DNA of 64,000 nt from Paludibacteraceae bacterium (GTDB taxonomy: Bacteria; Bacteroidota; Bacteroidia; Bacteroidales; Paludibacteraceae). Every line of letters begins with the position of its first letter. Position 1 is the first letter of the stretch. Made by a program: the position numbers and the translations under genes. Shown piece after piece: positions 49,566 to 60,800 of this stretch. The DNA lies in the NCBI GenBank assembly GCA_017938155.1, contig JAGBCD010000004.1:662-64661 (forward strand). Reading direction: 5' to 3'. The notes beneath the pieces are model-generated. The model had not been told where the DNA came from, did no database searches, and saw only the letters and a program-made list of their open reading frames with translations.

Positions 49566-49610
49566 GTTAGGGGAGGTGCCCACAGGGCGGAGGGGTCTGT
49601 CACCCCCAGA

Positions 49611-49918
49611 GCAAACCAAGATTTATCTGTTTGCTATGGGGAGAAGCGGAGGTACGAGTTGCCCAAACGATAGAGCAGAGCGATATCGGTCAATGCAATC
49701 TCGTTACCGAACGCGACAAACCAAGACTATGTCTGTTTGCTTTTATATCGGGGTCCCCAGAGCAAACCAAGATTTTATCTGTTTGCTATGGGGAGAAGCG
49801 GAGGTACGAGTTGCCCAAACGATAGAGCAGAGCGATATCGGTCAATGCAATCTCGTTACCGAACGCGACGTCATCGGTCTTTACGACCTTATTGTCGAAC
49901 GCTCCGTTACCTACCGCG
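49611..49918 (+). repeat. repeat locus R4, module C array (two full units, one partial, terminal module)
   Basis: Two near-identical units cover roughly 49611-49716 and 49760-49867. The terminal gtcatcggtctttacgaccttattgtcgaacgc..gttacc..ccgcg is the same as the end of R1. It overlaps the stop codon of the 1646-aa gene. Confidence 0.9.
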
Positions 49919-52900
49919 AAATACTGCATAATACGTAACATCTGCTGTTACGGTCTTATCTTCTGGGCTATCAAACAAGTCAGTTGGTGGGCAGAATGGG
50001 TTTTGATAGTTCTTAATAGCAGTCCAGCCAACAAACTCTTTACCGTTAGTAGTTCCTACTTCGGTGCTTGGCATACGGAGTGCTTCACCTGAAGTATAGC
50101 GATAAGTTGCCTCTGCGTCGGTTAGTGCCACACCATCAACCATCCATGTCACACCCAATTTGCCATCACTCACGACCTCATCACTTACATATACCATATA
50201 CGATGCTGTAACTGTTTCATAAGTAGCTGTTTGTGCGATAGTAGCTGTGATTGTAGCCAAGCCTGCAGATACGCCCAACACTTGTCCTGTGATTGCATCC
50301 ACCGTCGCAATAGTTTCATCTGCACTGGTATATGCTACTACACCATCATGCTCACCTTTGTCCACCTCTACTATTCTTGATTCACCCATTTTTAAGTTCA
50401 CTTGTGCTTCAGCAAAACTTGGAGTAATCTTCTTGCGTACAACGGTAACATTGTAAGATGCGGTGGCTGCACTGTACGTTCCTGCTACTGCAGCTACAGC
50501 TACAGTGATAGTGGTATTGCCTGCTGCCAAGGCAGTCACTTGACCATTGGTTTCATTTACTGTAGCTACATTCACGTCGCTACTGGTGAAGGTCTTTGCA
50601 CCAGTAGAGTTGCATTCCAATTCGTTGGTATAGGTGTCTCCTATGGTCAACACCTTGTTGGCATCAGCAAACTCAAGGGTAGGATTTTGGGTTAAATCAA
50701 TTTCACCCGAGCAGTCGGTAGAGTAGTACATATAGGTGGTAGCAGTACCTGCGGTGTATGTAACCTCCAAATTGTTGAGGTAGAGGCGCGAATTCTTGTC
50801 GGTTCCTACACAAGTGAAGAGTACGCTGTTAGCATTGAGCCCCGACTTGGTATATTTGCCATTAGCACTAATGGATTGTGCAGCACTGGTGCTACCTGCA
50901 TCCGCCTTGTAGGTAACAGAGGTAGCCATACTCGAACCGATAGTAATGGCGGTAATCGTGGCACCTGTTTTGGCAGTGACAGTCAGTGTACCACCATTTT
51001 GATAGATACGCAGTACGCCATTGCTGATAAACGGATCATTTTGTGCACCGCCTTTAGCTGCGGCATAGGAGATATAGCTATCCATGTTTGCAGACGTGGC
51101 AGTGAAGTTGGTCATAGTGGTGGTAACTACATTGGCGCTGCCTGTTTTCTCCAAAGCATATACGGCATAGTAGGTGGCATCGGCTGTCACTTCCTCGCCC
51201 GCAGAGATAAACTCTGGTGCTTGGGTGTCGTTGTGATAGTCGTTGGTAGCAATCCATCCAACAAACTTTTTGGTATTGGCACAAGCCGTTGGCGTAGTTG
51301 CTGGCAACGCCAATTTATCGCCTTCAGTGTAGGTGACTTCGTCACCAAACTGTTCGCCATTAGCCTTCCATGTGACGGTGTATTTCGCCAAATCTGTAAT
51401 AGTCAGTTGGTATTTCGCGCTGGCAGCATTATTGTACGTGCCTTCTGCCACAGATGCGGTGATGTCGACTGTACCTGCCTTCTTAGGGGTGACTACACCA
51501 CTGCTATTGACGGTAGCGGTCGTTTCATCCGAAGATGAGTAAGTGATAGTACCATAGGTGGTAGTGGCAGGGTTAGAGAATGGCTGGTTGACCTTAGTAG
51601 TTTGGTTGCCATCGTATTTGAATGTAATATCAGGGGTTTGCTTTACGATCTCACCTGTTTGGCTCACGTAGAGGTACAGTCCCTTTTGCGCCGAAGTATA
51701 GGTGCGGAAGCGTGGACTGCTACTGTTGTAGTAGAGTTGCGTACCGCCTACGGTCATTATCGTTTTCCCATCATCGCCCACGTTGATAGTCCATGTGCTA
51801 TTAGCACCATCCCATCCCAATTTGTCAGTAGTACCTGATAGTTTCTTACTTTCGCTGTTGGTGAGTGTCCATGCACCAGTGCTACCGCCGAGGGTGAAGA
51901 TAGAAATATCGGTATTGGTCTTTTGGGTGGTAATCTCTGTGCCGTTGACGGTGAAGCCCGTGGTAACACTCTCCAAGTAGGTGTTGCTCACCAGTTGTCC
52001 CGCTACGGCAGGAGTTTCGGCATATACCAGAATACACTTTGCATCTGCTTGCAGCATGGAGGTATTGGTCAATCGAGTAAAGGTAATTGCATTCTCAGGA
52101 TCAATCTCTGGCATGATATAAATGCCGAGGTCGCCTTCCACATTGCTGATAGTAAGGGTCGTACCGCTATAGCTAAACTCGCGTGCCTCGCCATTTTGCT
52201 CTACTTCTATCATTGTATTGTCGAGCACATATCCCAACGCTGGTGTCACAGTCAGGGTGAGTGTGCCACCTTTGGCTACAGAGCCTACTTCGCTACTAAT
52301 GGTGGCGTTTTCGTATAGCACCTCGTATGTCCATCGCGCTTTGGTGGCGGTGGCAGTGATGGTGATAGTTTGGATTGCATCGCCAGTGATGGCAGAGCCA
52401 TTGATAGTTAGATACTGATTGTTGTTGGATAGGGTATAGTGAGTATCTTTGGTCAAAGTGGTAGAGCCTAATTTCACGCTAACGGATGTAATATCGTAGC
52501 TGGCGTCAGCAGGAATGATATTGGCGGTAAGCGCTGCGCCATTCGCCACACAGTCGCTGCTTGGGGTGATGGTACAATCGGAACCATCGGTGAGGACACT
52601 ATGACATTCGGCATTGTCAATATAGGTGAGTGTGATGACTCCCCCGCTCTCGGTGATGTCCAATAACGGTTTACCGCTCACGCCTTCCCAACGGGTTTTC
52701 TTCTTAGTTCCAGGAAATGGGTCTGCAGCAGTACCTATACCTGTGGTAGCACCAGAGGCTGAGACTATAGCATAGCGTATAGTGCCGTCGGTATCGTTTG
52801 GACCATTATCCTCCCATTCCGATTGGCTGTACATGATTTTCCATATCACCAAACCATGTCCAGGCAGATAGGCATCCCATCCACTCTTTTGGCGGTTTTC

Positions 52901-54847
52901 TATATAATACACCGTATTGGTAGCGGTAGCGGCGAGTAATGAGTTGCTCGAGGCTATCTGATAGCCTTGGAAACCGTCTGTACCTGCTGCTTTGAGTGTC
53001 AATGTTTGTGCGGTATTGCTTGGGTTGGTAGGTGTTTTCCAACCGAGGAAATACTTGTCGTAGACGGTATAGTTAGGTGGAGTCTTACCACTATTGTTGT
53101 ACGAACCATTGTCCATGATATGCCAACTACCTGGAGTCATTTCGTCCTCGTAGTTTTGTCCGTAATCAATATCGTAGAGGTCTGGCAGACCGATTACGTG
53201 TCCAAACTCATGAGCGATAGTACCAATGCCGGCACGTTTACCAGACTTGCCATTCAACTCGCCTGAACAAGCATAATTATTGATATACTTACCATCGAAG
53301 CGACGTTTATTCTTAGCATAGCTACAATTACCCCAATATGCAGCAGCATCCAAACTCCAGTTATGTGGCCAAATGGTATTGTCTGCACCACCATCAGCTT
53401 CGCCTTTGCCTGCATAAAGGATATATACGAAGTCCACTTCACCATCACCATCATTGTCGTACTTTGTAAAGTCCACGCCATAACTGGTATTGGCTATTTT
53501 ACATGCTTCTACCACCATATCACCTGGCAGGACATCGTTGTCATTCTGATCATTGGCACCATAATATTCTACATTTTGGGTCAGCGTGACAGGGCCTACT
53601 ACATCAAAGTCTGGAGTGTATTGTCCGTCGGATTGGTCTGAGAAATATTTACGCACCGACCCCAGAGCACCATCATAGGTATAATCATCAGCATTCATCA
53701 AGTCATTCATTGCCGATTGGTTGTTGGCAGCACTAAACTTACTATCCGCAAAGTTCACCAAAATAACCAACCCTCGCGGTGCGAGGTTGGGTTTTCCGAC
53801 AGCACGATGAGGGCGTGACTGCAACATAGGTGATGCTTGTCGGCGTGCCTTGATGGTGGCAGGAGTAGGTTGGCTCTCCACCACGCGCCAGTAGCCCAGC
53901 GAGTCGCATTTGACCACGTTGCCTGCTTGGTCTTGCCAGTAGTGGTGGAACTCGTCACCCACGAGACGCACCTGTATCGTTGTGCCATCGGGTTGTGTTT
54001 TGGTTTGCCATCCGCGATAGGCAGGCACAGCGAAAGTTGCTGTTGCTACCATCGTAAGAATAATTACTGATGCTACGCGTTTTACACGTTTGCACAACGG
54101 ATAGGCCAAGCATAGCAACAACATGAATATCCAAGGAGTATCTCCTACAGGCACACCTGGTTCTACAGGATTGATTGGTAGGTTCTGGTCTCCGAATGGA
54201 TTATCTGAATTACGACGATTGTTTATTTGTCGGATACCACCGATGCTATATCCTTCATCATAGGTAGTGGTGGCTATAGAAGCTACATTTACGCTTCCAA
54301 TGACACTGGTATTGATAGTTGATGCCATAGTGAAAGGCTTTACTTTGTAATTTGTATTTTGTGCTATCATTTGTTGAGTAGATGCGGGTTGAGTATTATC
54401 TTCATTCTCTTTATAGGTTGTAGGCATATGAGCCATGAGAACAGGCATTACAGTCATCGCAACATATGACTGTTCTTGAACAGGTGCAGAAGATGCATTG
54501 CTCATTGATGCCCCCCCTGATACATTGGCAGATGCCCCAAACGAATGCATCATGGGAGTATGGAACGTTTGTTCTGAGAATACACGTCCACTACTTGTTC
54601 CCATAGCAATACGAGCGGGTTGAGTGAAATGGGTATCAAAGGCATATGAGCGATGCTGATTAACTGACTTAAATTGATAACCTGCAGGAGCACCACCATA
54701 GTAAAAATTACGATAGGAGCTACCTAAAGAAGACTTGGTAGAAGGAATGGTATTGTTTACTGGTTTAGAGCTATCACTGAATAAATACAAGACAGCTACC
54801 AAAAGGAGTGATAAGACTGAGAAAAGTATATATTGTTTTGTTTTCAT
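49907..54847 (-). CDS. giant secreted M6/InhA-like zinc metalloprotease with Ig-like and Listeria-Bacteroides repeat domains (1646 aa)
   Basis: HEFGHVIGLPDLYD zinc site (HEFGH codons at 53198-53212); M6-type LAPRGLVILVNFADS segment; Big_2-like segments (TITYSSSDETTATVNSSGVVTPKKAGTVDITA); repeats of the KKFVGW....YYAVYA type. Confidence 0.8.
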   Translation of the reverse strand: MKTKQYILFSVLSLLLVAVLYLFSDSSKPVNNTIPSTKSSLGSSYRNFYYGGAPAGYQFKSVNQHRSYAFDTHFTQPARIAMGTSSGRVFSEQTFHTPMMHSFGASANVSGGASMSNASSAPVQEQSYVAMTVMPVLMAHMPTTYKENEDNTQPASTQQMIAQNTNYKVKPFTMASTINTSVIGSVNVASIATTTYDEGYSIGGIRQINNRRNSDNPFGDQNLPINPVEPGVPVGDTPWIFMLLLCLAYPLCKRVKRVASVIILTMVATATFAVPAYRGWQTKTQPDGTTIQVRLVGDEFHHYWQDQAGNVVKCDSLGYWRVVESQPTPATIKARRQASPMLQSRPHRAVGKPNLAPRGLVILVNFADSKFSAANNQSAMNDLMNADDYTYDGALGSVRKYFSDQSDGQYTPDFDVVGPVTLTQNVEYYGANDQNDNDVLPGDMVVEACKIANTSYGVDFTKYDNDGDGEVDFVYILYAGKGEADGGADNTIWPHNWSLDAAAYWGNCSYAKNKRRFDGKYINNYACSGELNGKSGKRAGIGTIAHEFGHVIGLPDLYDIDYGQNYEDEMTPGSWHIMDNGSYNNSGKTPPNYTVYDKYFLGWKTPTNPSNTAQTLTLKAAGTDGFQGYQIASSNSLLAATATNTVYYIENRQKSGWDAYLPGHGLVIWKIMYSQSEWEDNGPNDTDGTIRYAIVSASGATTGIGTAADPFPGTKKKTRWEGVSGKPLLDITESGGVITLTYIDNAECHSVLTDGSDCTITPSSDCVANGAALTANIIPADASYDITSVSVKLGSTTLTKDTHYTLSNNNQYLTINGSAITGDAIQTITITATATKARWTYEVLYENATISSEVGSVAKGGTLTLTVTPALGYVLDNTMIEVEQNGEAREFSYSGTTLTISNVEGDLGIYIMPEIDPENAITFTRLTNTSMLQADAKCILVYAETPAVAGQLVSNTYLESVTTGFTVNGTEITTQKTNTDISIFTLGGSTGAWTLTNSESKKLSGTTDKLGWDGANSTWTINVGDDGKTIMTVGGTQLYYNSSSPRFRTYTSAQKGLYLYVSQTGEIVKQTPDITFKYDGNQTTKVNQPFSNPATTTYGTITYSSSDETTATVNSSGVVTPKKAGTVDITASVAEGTYNNAASAKYQLTITDLAKYTVTWKANGEQFGDEVTYTEGDKLALPATTPTACANTKKFVGWIATNDYHNDTQAPEFISAGEEVTADATYYAVYALEKTGSANVVTTTMTNFTATSANMDSYISYAAAKGGAQNDPFISNGVLRIYQNGGTLTVTAKTGATITAITIGSSMATSVTYKADAGSTSAAQSISANGKYTKSGLNANSVLFTCVGTDKNSRLYLNNLEVTYTAGTATTYMYYSTDCSGEIDLTQNPTLEFADANKVLTIGDTYTNELECNSTGAKTFTSSDVNVATVNETNGQVTALAAGNTTITVAVAAVAGTYSAATASYNVTVVRKKITPSFAEAQVNLKMGESRIVEVDKGEHDGVVAYTSADETIATVDAITGQVLGVSAGLATITATIAQTATYETVTASYMVYVSDEVVSDGKLGVTWMVDGVALTDAEATYRYTSGEALRMPSTEVGTTNGKEFVGWTAIKNYQNPFCPPTDLFDSPEDKTVTADVTYYAVFRGR

Positions 54848-54899
54848 GATTTTATTTATTTTAATCTATTTCCATTTATCAAATTGTAATTTCCATTCA

Positions 54900-57800
54900 T
54901 TATTTGTTTTTAATGGTCTTACCCACTCCATCATATATATACCCATTATGTATGATATATAGGTGGTTGTTGAAAATTACCTTTTTGGTTTCAGTCTTAT
55001 CAACCATGTCCATTAGGTTGGTTGTTGTATTTTGTTTCGGAACTATATAGATAACAAACCGCTCATCATCTTGTACTTGCTCGGTGTAGAAGGTATAATC
55101 TGAGATTAGCAAGTTGGTTGTAACATTATTGTAATTATCTTTTATTACAATGCTTTCTACACCTACTATCTCGTTAGGATTGGTAAGTTGTATGGTGTAC
55201 TCCCCTGCTTTCTCTGCACGATACCCAAGAGGTATAGGCTGAGTAGCATCCTCCATAGCAAGTGCATTGTATGCCAATCGGATATTGTTGTTCAGAGTAT
55301 ATAGTGCTGTTCTATTGGCACTACCGAACATTTTCTCCAAGTCGCCCCCTATTTCGTAAGCGGTGGAATAGCGGTCATTGATTACCAATCCTGTATGGTC
55401 AGCCTCGTTTGCGTTTTCATTGATGATAACAATGTTTGCATCAAAACTTGGTTTCGCATTGGCGCTATTGGCTCTTATCGTAGCAGGTGCATGTTGACGA
55501 CCTTCTGTTGTGAAGTTCATCGTACCGCTGGTTCCTACTTGAACGAAGAAACTCCATTCTGGACTCAGTTTTACATCGCTCAGTTTGTACTGCTCATAGT
55601 AGGAGAAGTCGTAGGCTGGTACCGTGACATAAGGAACGTCTTCACCGCCATAGGTATATCCTCCCTCTATATCTATCGCACCATTGATGTAGTTCAAACC
55701 ACCATCGTTCACAACATTGTTTCCTGCAAAGTTCGTGAGATATGGGTTAGCCACAAAGTTCCAGCCTGCGTGGCGTTGGTGCTCAGTAGCCGCAGCGCCC
55801 GTGTGAGCGGTTACAGCAATAGTATTGCGCACGGTGGTGCCCACAATGGTTTGTTCTCCATTTTGGAACCACGTATTAGGCACTGTCATTGGGATACGGA
55901 TAGTAGCTGTGTCTTTGTCAGGATAGGTCATCGCTGTTATCAGATAGCCTACACCTGGTTGCAATTTAACAGGTGCATCTACGGTATGACGGTTGAGGTG
56001 TACCCAGTTGTTTGTTCTATCTTCGCCTACATCAGCACGACGAGCACCATCATAGGTTTTGATATCGAAATGTGTACCATAAGTAGAAGCTGCATTCAAC
56101 ACTGGGTCAAGGTAATCTATGCTGCTATTGTTTGTAGTAGCAAATGGTACTGCAAATGGATACCAGTTCTTTGCATTGATCGCCAAATCAAGATAAATCT
56201 TATTGTTGTTTCTGACCAAGGTTGCACCTTCAGGCACCCATATAGAAGGCATCTTGTAGCTACCATCACTTTGAATACCACCTCTGAGAACGAGCGTATT
56301 GATAGTGGTAGTACCAGGTTGAATATTGAGGGTTGTACCACCATAGACATAGATATCAGTACCTGCTAAGTCCTCAACATCTGTTGGCAACGTAATCACA
56401 TCACCTGTCGTCTCCAATTTCCATTGTGCGTAGAGAGTAGTATCTTGAGTAAGTACGAACGTATCACCAGGTTTGAAACTATGTCCACCATGTGGCTTTG
56501 TCATCCATACATCCAAGAACTCACGACCAAGGGTAGTAGGGTCTTTCACTACATCGCCACAATCAGGTATGGTAATGTATGAATTGACTGGCAATACAAT
56601 AGTACCATCGCTGGTACTGGAGGTGGAGTAACCACCAGTAAAGCCATAGTAGGTAATAGTGTATTCCGCACAACCAGTAGTATAATCGGTGATGTCGGCA
56701 TCACCATACGCATTGGCTGTAACAAAGAATTGCATATCAAAGGCGCCGTTGTTATTCACTTCATCATGGATAGTGAATTTTCCGTTGTACCATTCTACAT
56801 ACTCAGTACTAGCATTGGTACTCTTCATGTTGTAGGTCATGGTCATGCCAGATGCTGCCTCAGTGAGTGTCCAGGAATCTATGGTTTCAAGATATTTGAG
56901 GTTACTATACTTTCCCTCAATCACACCATTGAGATATTTACCATTTTGCGAGAATCTATACTTTCCATCCACTTTTTCTACAGTCCATATACATGTGCTA
57001 TGTGGCGTGTTGATATGTTCATCCACTATTGTTACATCATCACCTTGTAGATTATGTGTATCATCAGTAGCACGTGAAGAAATGGCTTTTCCCGCTGTAC
57101 CATTTGCATCCATAGAAGACACTGCCACTATAACCACATTAGTCCCTGAAGTTATTTGGTCTATTGGCTTCTGTATAGAGAAATTGTTTATGGTAGCAAA
57201 TACGGCATAATAGGTTGTATTGTCGGTTGGTTTGGTTGCAGATGTTATATATTCAATACCTATTCCGTCAGAAGGTACAATATTACTGGTAGTCCAACCC
57301 ATGAAGGTCTTACCTTCACATGCATCCGGCACCTCTGGCGTAGGCAGTGTGCCGATAGCATTGCCTTTCGTTACAGAACGAGGACCTAAGCCCGTATTGG
57401 TCTTTCCGCTGACATTCCATGTGAGTACCCATGCGTTATCAAGAGCTTTGACGTTGATGTTATAGGTAGCAGTTGCACCCATATAGGTAACAGTCACAGT
57501 TTGGGTGCCTGTTGCTTCCATATTGTAACCAGAGAAGTGGGCAAGGGCAGTTACATCAGTTGTTCCTCCTCCAGAGAGAGTAGCAATAACTTTACCACTT
57601 CCAATTGTGAAGTCATCAGTAAGATAGAACTCAGTTTGAGGACTTTGCACCTCAATACTCTCGACCTGTTGGCAAGTAGTGGTATAATCCGAATATCCGC
57701 TGCTACCGCTACCAAATTCGATGTCAAAATATTCGGTATCGCCTGCTTCCACATTTTTCATTGAATATGCTTTAAAAATGTTATACGTAGAAGCACGATA

Positions 57801-60800
57801 TGCTAAAGCGCGACTTTCGTTAACAGGTGAAGTAATGCGCCATGAACCATTTGTTCCCGTAGAAATGGTCCAAATCGTTTCGCCAGTACTCAAATTAGTG
57901 CTTGAAGAAGCAGTATGTCCAATATTGGAACTACCTAATTGGATGGTATATTTGTTGTCTCCTTTGTGGGTCAGTGTATAGTCTGAAGCAGATAGTACAT
58001 TGGTGGTGCTTCCTAATTTGCTATCACTTACGCCACCTTGTGCATAGTAGTTTGTACCATTTACATTAGCGTACATCTTGAATGTACCGCTTTCGCCGAG
58101 CACAAACTCTGTACCGCCTGCACCTTTTGTAGCGAAGACAGCGTAGTAAGTCTTATCGGCTGTGACGGTGGCAGTAGTAGTTTTGAAGAGGTCAGTTGGT
58201 GCTGTAGTAGCATGATAGTAACCGCTTTGTTCAGTCCAACCAACGAACTCTTTCACACCATCACAAGATGCTGGGGCGGCAGGAAGTTCAAGTGTTTCTC
58301 CATGATTATATTCTATAGGAGTTGTCACACCATTGTTGTTCCATGTTACTATGTAAGTGTTCACTAGCCATTGAGCAGTGAGCGTAATATCACTTGTTGG
58401 GGTGAAACTGTTGTTGGGTTGATATGTATTTATGCCATCCGACCAACCTTGGAAAGTATATCCCTCTTTGGTAGGTGCTTCGTCGCAAATGGTGTAGGTA
58501 TCACCTTGTGGTACACTTGTATTAGAACAGTGACTACCTGTACCGCCCGCGAAATCGTAGGTGATAGACCAACTTGCTACGCAAACAGGATTGCTGTTGT
58601 AGGTGGTAGTGGAGCCACCAGAAGATTTTACGTAGAACCCAAGGGTTTGATTGGCGGTATTTCCTGTAGTGTTATCATAACAACGCCAATCAGGATTAGT
58701 TCTGTAAACACCGACGTAGCGATTGGTATTTGTGTTTTTAAGATATCCACTTGAAGCATCAATAGTAAATGCTTTATTAGTATTTGTACCAATACGTACA
58801 CCGTCATTTGAATTCGTACAATAGAGCCACTTTTCAGTCGTACCATTTGGGTATATCGTCAATGTTCCACTGCTATTGGAGATGTTCCACTTGAGAGCAT
58901 CCGCAGGTTCAGCAGATAGTTTGTTATCGCTTACGGTTACGGTAGGTGCAGGAGGAGTGTCGCTAGACTCATTGCTACTACTAAGTGCATAAACGGTTCC
59001 ATCTGTATATGTCATAGTAATAACAACAATGTCGTCATCAGCAATATCTTCGATGTTGGTCAGTACATAATCGCTACTTCCTCCGCCTCCTGCTTCGGTA
59101 TAACTATATACAGCGTAGAGAGTGCAGTCGCTTGTTGGTTTGTAATTCGAACCAGCAGTGAAGAGAGTCGGTGCTATGGTTGTTTCCGTTACAGTTGCTT
59201 CTGCCCAACCTGCAAAAGTCCAACCTTCAGATTGGCAGGCAGTAGATGGAGTAGCGGATGGCAATATTGTTCCTGTTTCGTTAGTTATACCTGTTGCAGA
59301 TTCAGGAGCTGTACCCAAACCGGCATTGTAAGTAATTGTGTATAACTTAGCAGACCATTGGGCTGTATATGTAAGATTTTCTGTTCCCATTTCTGTAACA
59401 GGAGTTGGGGACCACCCTTCAAAGTTGTAGTGTTCACGCGTTGGATCTAAAGGAGGAGTAATTGTTTCTCCCTCTTCGTAAGATTGCACCTTATTGTTAG
59501 TATTACCATCCCAATTACCACCATTAGGATTCCATGTAACGGTATGTTGAAGCAGATTACACGAGGTCGTATAATTACTATAGGTTATGGAAGATGTGTA
59601 AAAAAACAACTTACCTAAACCAATATTAGAACCTTTGGTGTAAAGTAACTTAACGTACTTTGGAGATGCATTTATTTCTACTGTAAAATTCTTTTGACTA
59701 CCTCCTGAGTTACTACTTATACTACACGACCCTTTTGAAACATATTCTTCTCCATTATCAGAGGTTTGAATAGTCATAGTCGAAGTATTTTCTCCTCCTA
59801 TCATTTGGACACTAAAATAAACTTTAGTTATTTTTTTATTATTTACATTTTCATACAATATGTAATCTCCCGTATTATCCATTTTTACTCGATAAGCGCC
59901 ATACGATTCTGCATAATTATCTCCTAATCCACTACCGGTAATATTTGCTATTGCAACTAATGTTTCCTTTGTTCCCCCTTCAAATGCGGTCAACAATACA
60001 TCTTCATTACCTTCAATTGCCGTAGCAAACACAGCATAATAGTCTTTTCCATTTTCAGGCATTGTCATACCTGTTGTGTTGGTTATCAAATCATCGGGTG
60101 CTTCAGTAGCATGTTCATAGGAGGTTTTGGTAGTCCATCCTACAAATACTTTGCCACCACATTCGTAGTCATTTAGATTAGGAATATCAGTCAGAGTGCT
60201 CCCTGCATAATCTTCTTGGGTGTGTTCCTTATTGCCATTAACATACCAATTAACCGTGTACATTGATTGTTGCTCCCACTTGGCGTAGAGAGTAATGTCT
60301 GCATCAATAGTTGCACCTGCTGTAGCATTAGTATTGAATTCGCTATCGGTGTACCAACCTAAGAAGGTATAGCCAGTCCTAGTAGGTGTAGGCAGTGGGT
60401 CTGGCAATGTAGTTCCAGAGGTTGCTGCGATTGCATCACCACCGTTGGTGTTATAGGTAATGGTGTAGCCTATTGGATCTGGGGTGCTACTATAACAAAT
60501 GGTAATGCTATTGATATTGCAATAAGTTCCAGTTGTTTTTAATGCCAAATTAAAATAAGGGTTGTTGCCAGAAAATGTGTATGTAACAGAACCTGTACCT
60601 GTTTTAGATGGTGACACGACTGTAGAACTTGGTTTAGAAGTACTACCTTCATACATATTAAAATAACCACTACCACCAGAATTGTAATCAACAACTATTG
60701 ATTCTATGTTTCCACTAAAAGGCGTTGTGTTTGCAATATACGCCCCCGATAGCGATTTATTGAAAGACAGATATGAATTGTATTTGTACCCCCCTTTGTT

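Noticed and set aside
49273-49938. A 221-aa + strand ORF and the nested ORFs 49631-49825 and 49737-49931.
   Set aside because: They lie entirely within repeat locus R4 and the peptides are periodic copies of the repeat (HITHNSS..., LFAMGRSGGTSCPNDRAERYRS...). This is the same artefact as in R1.
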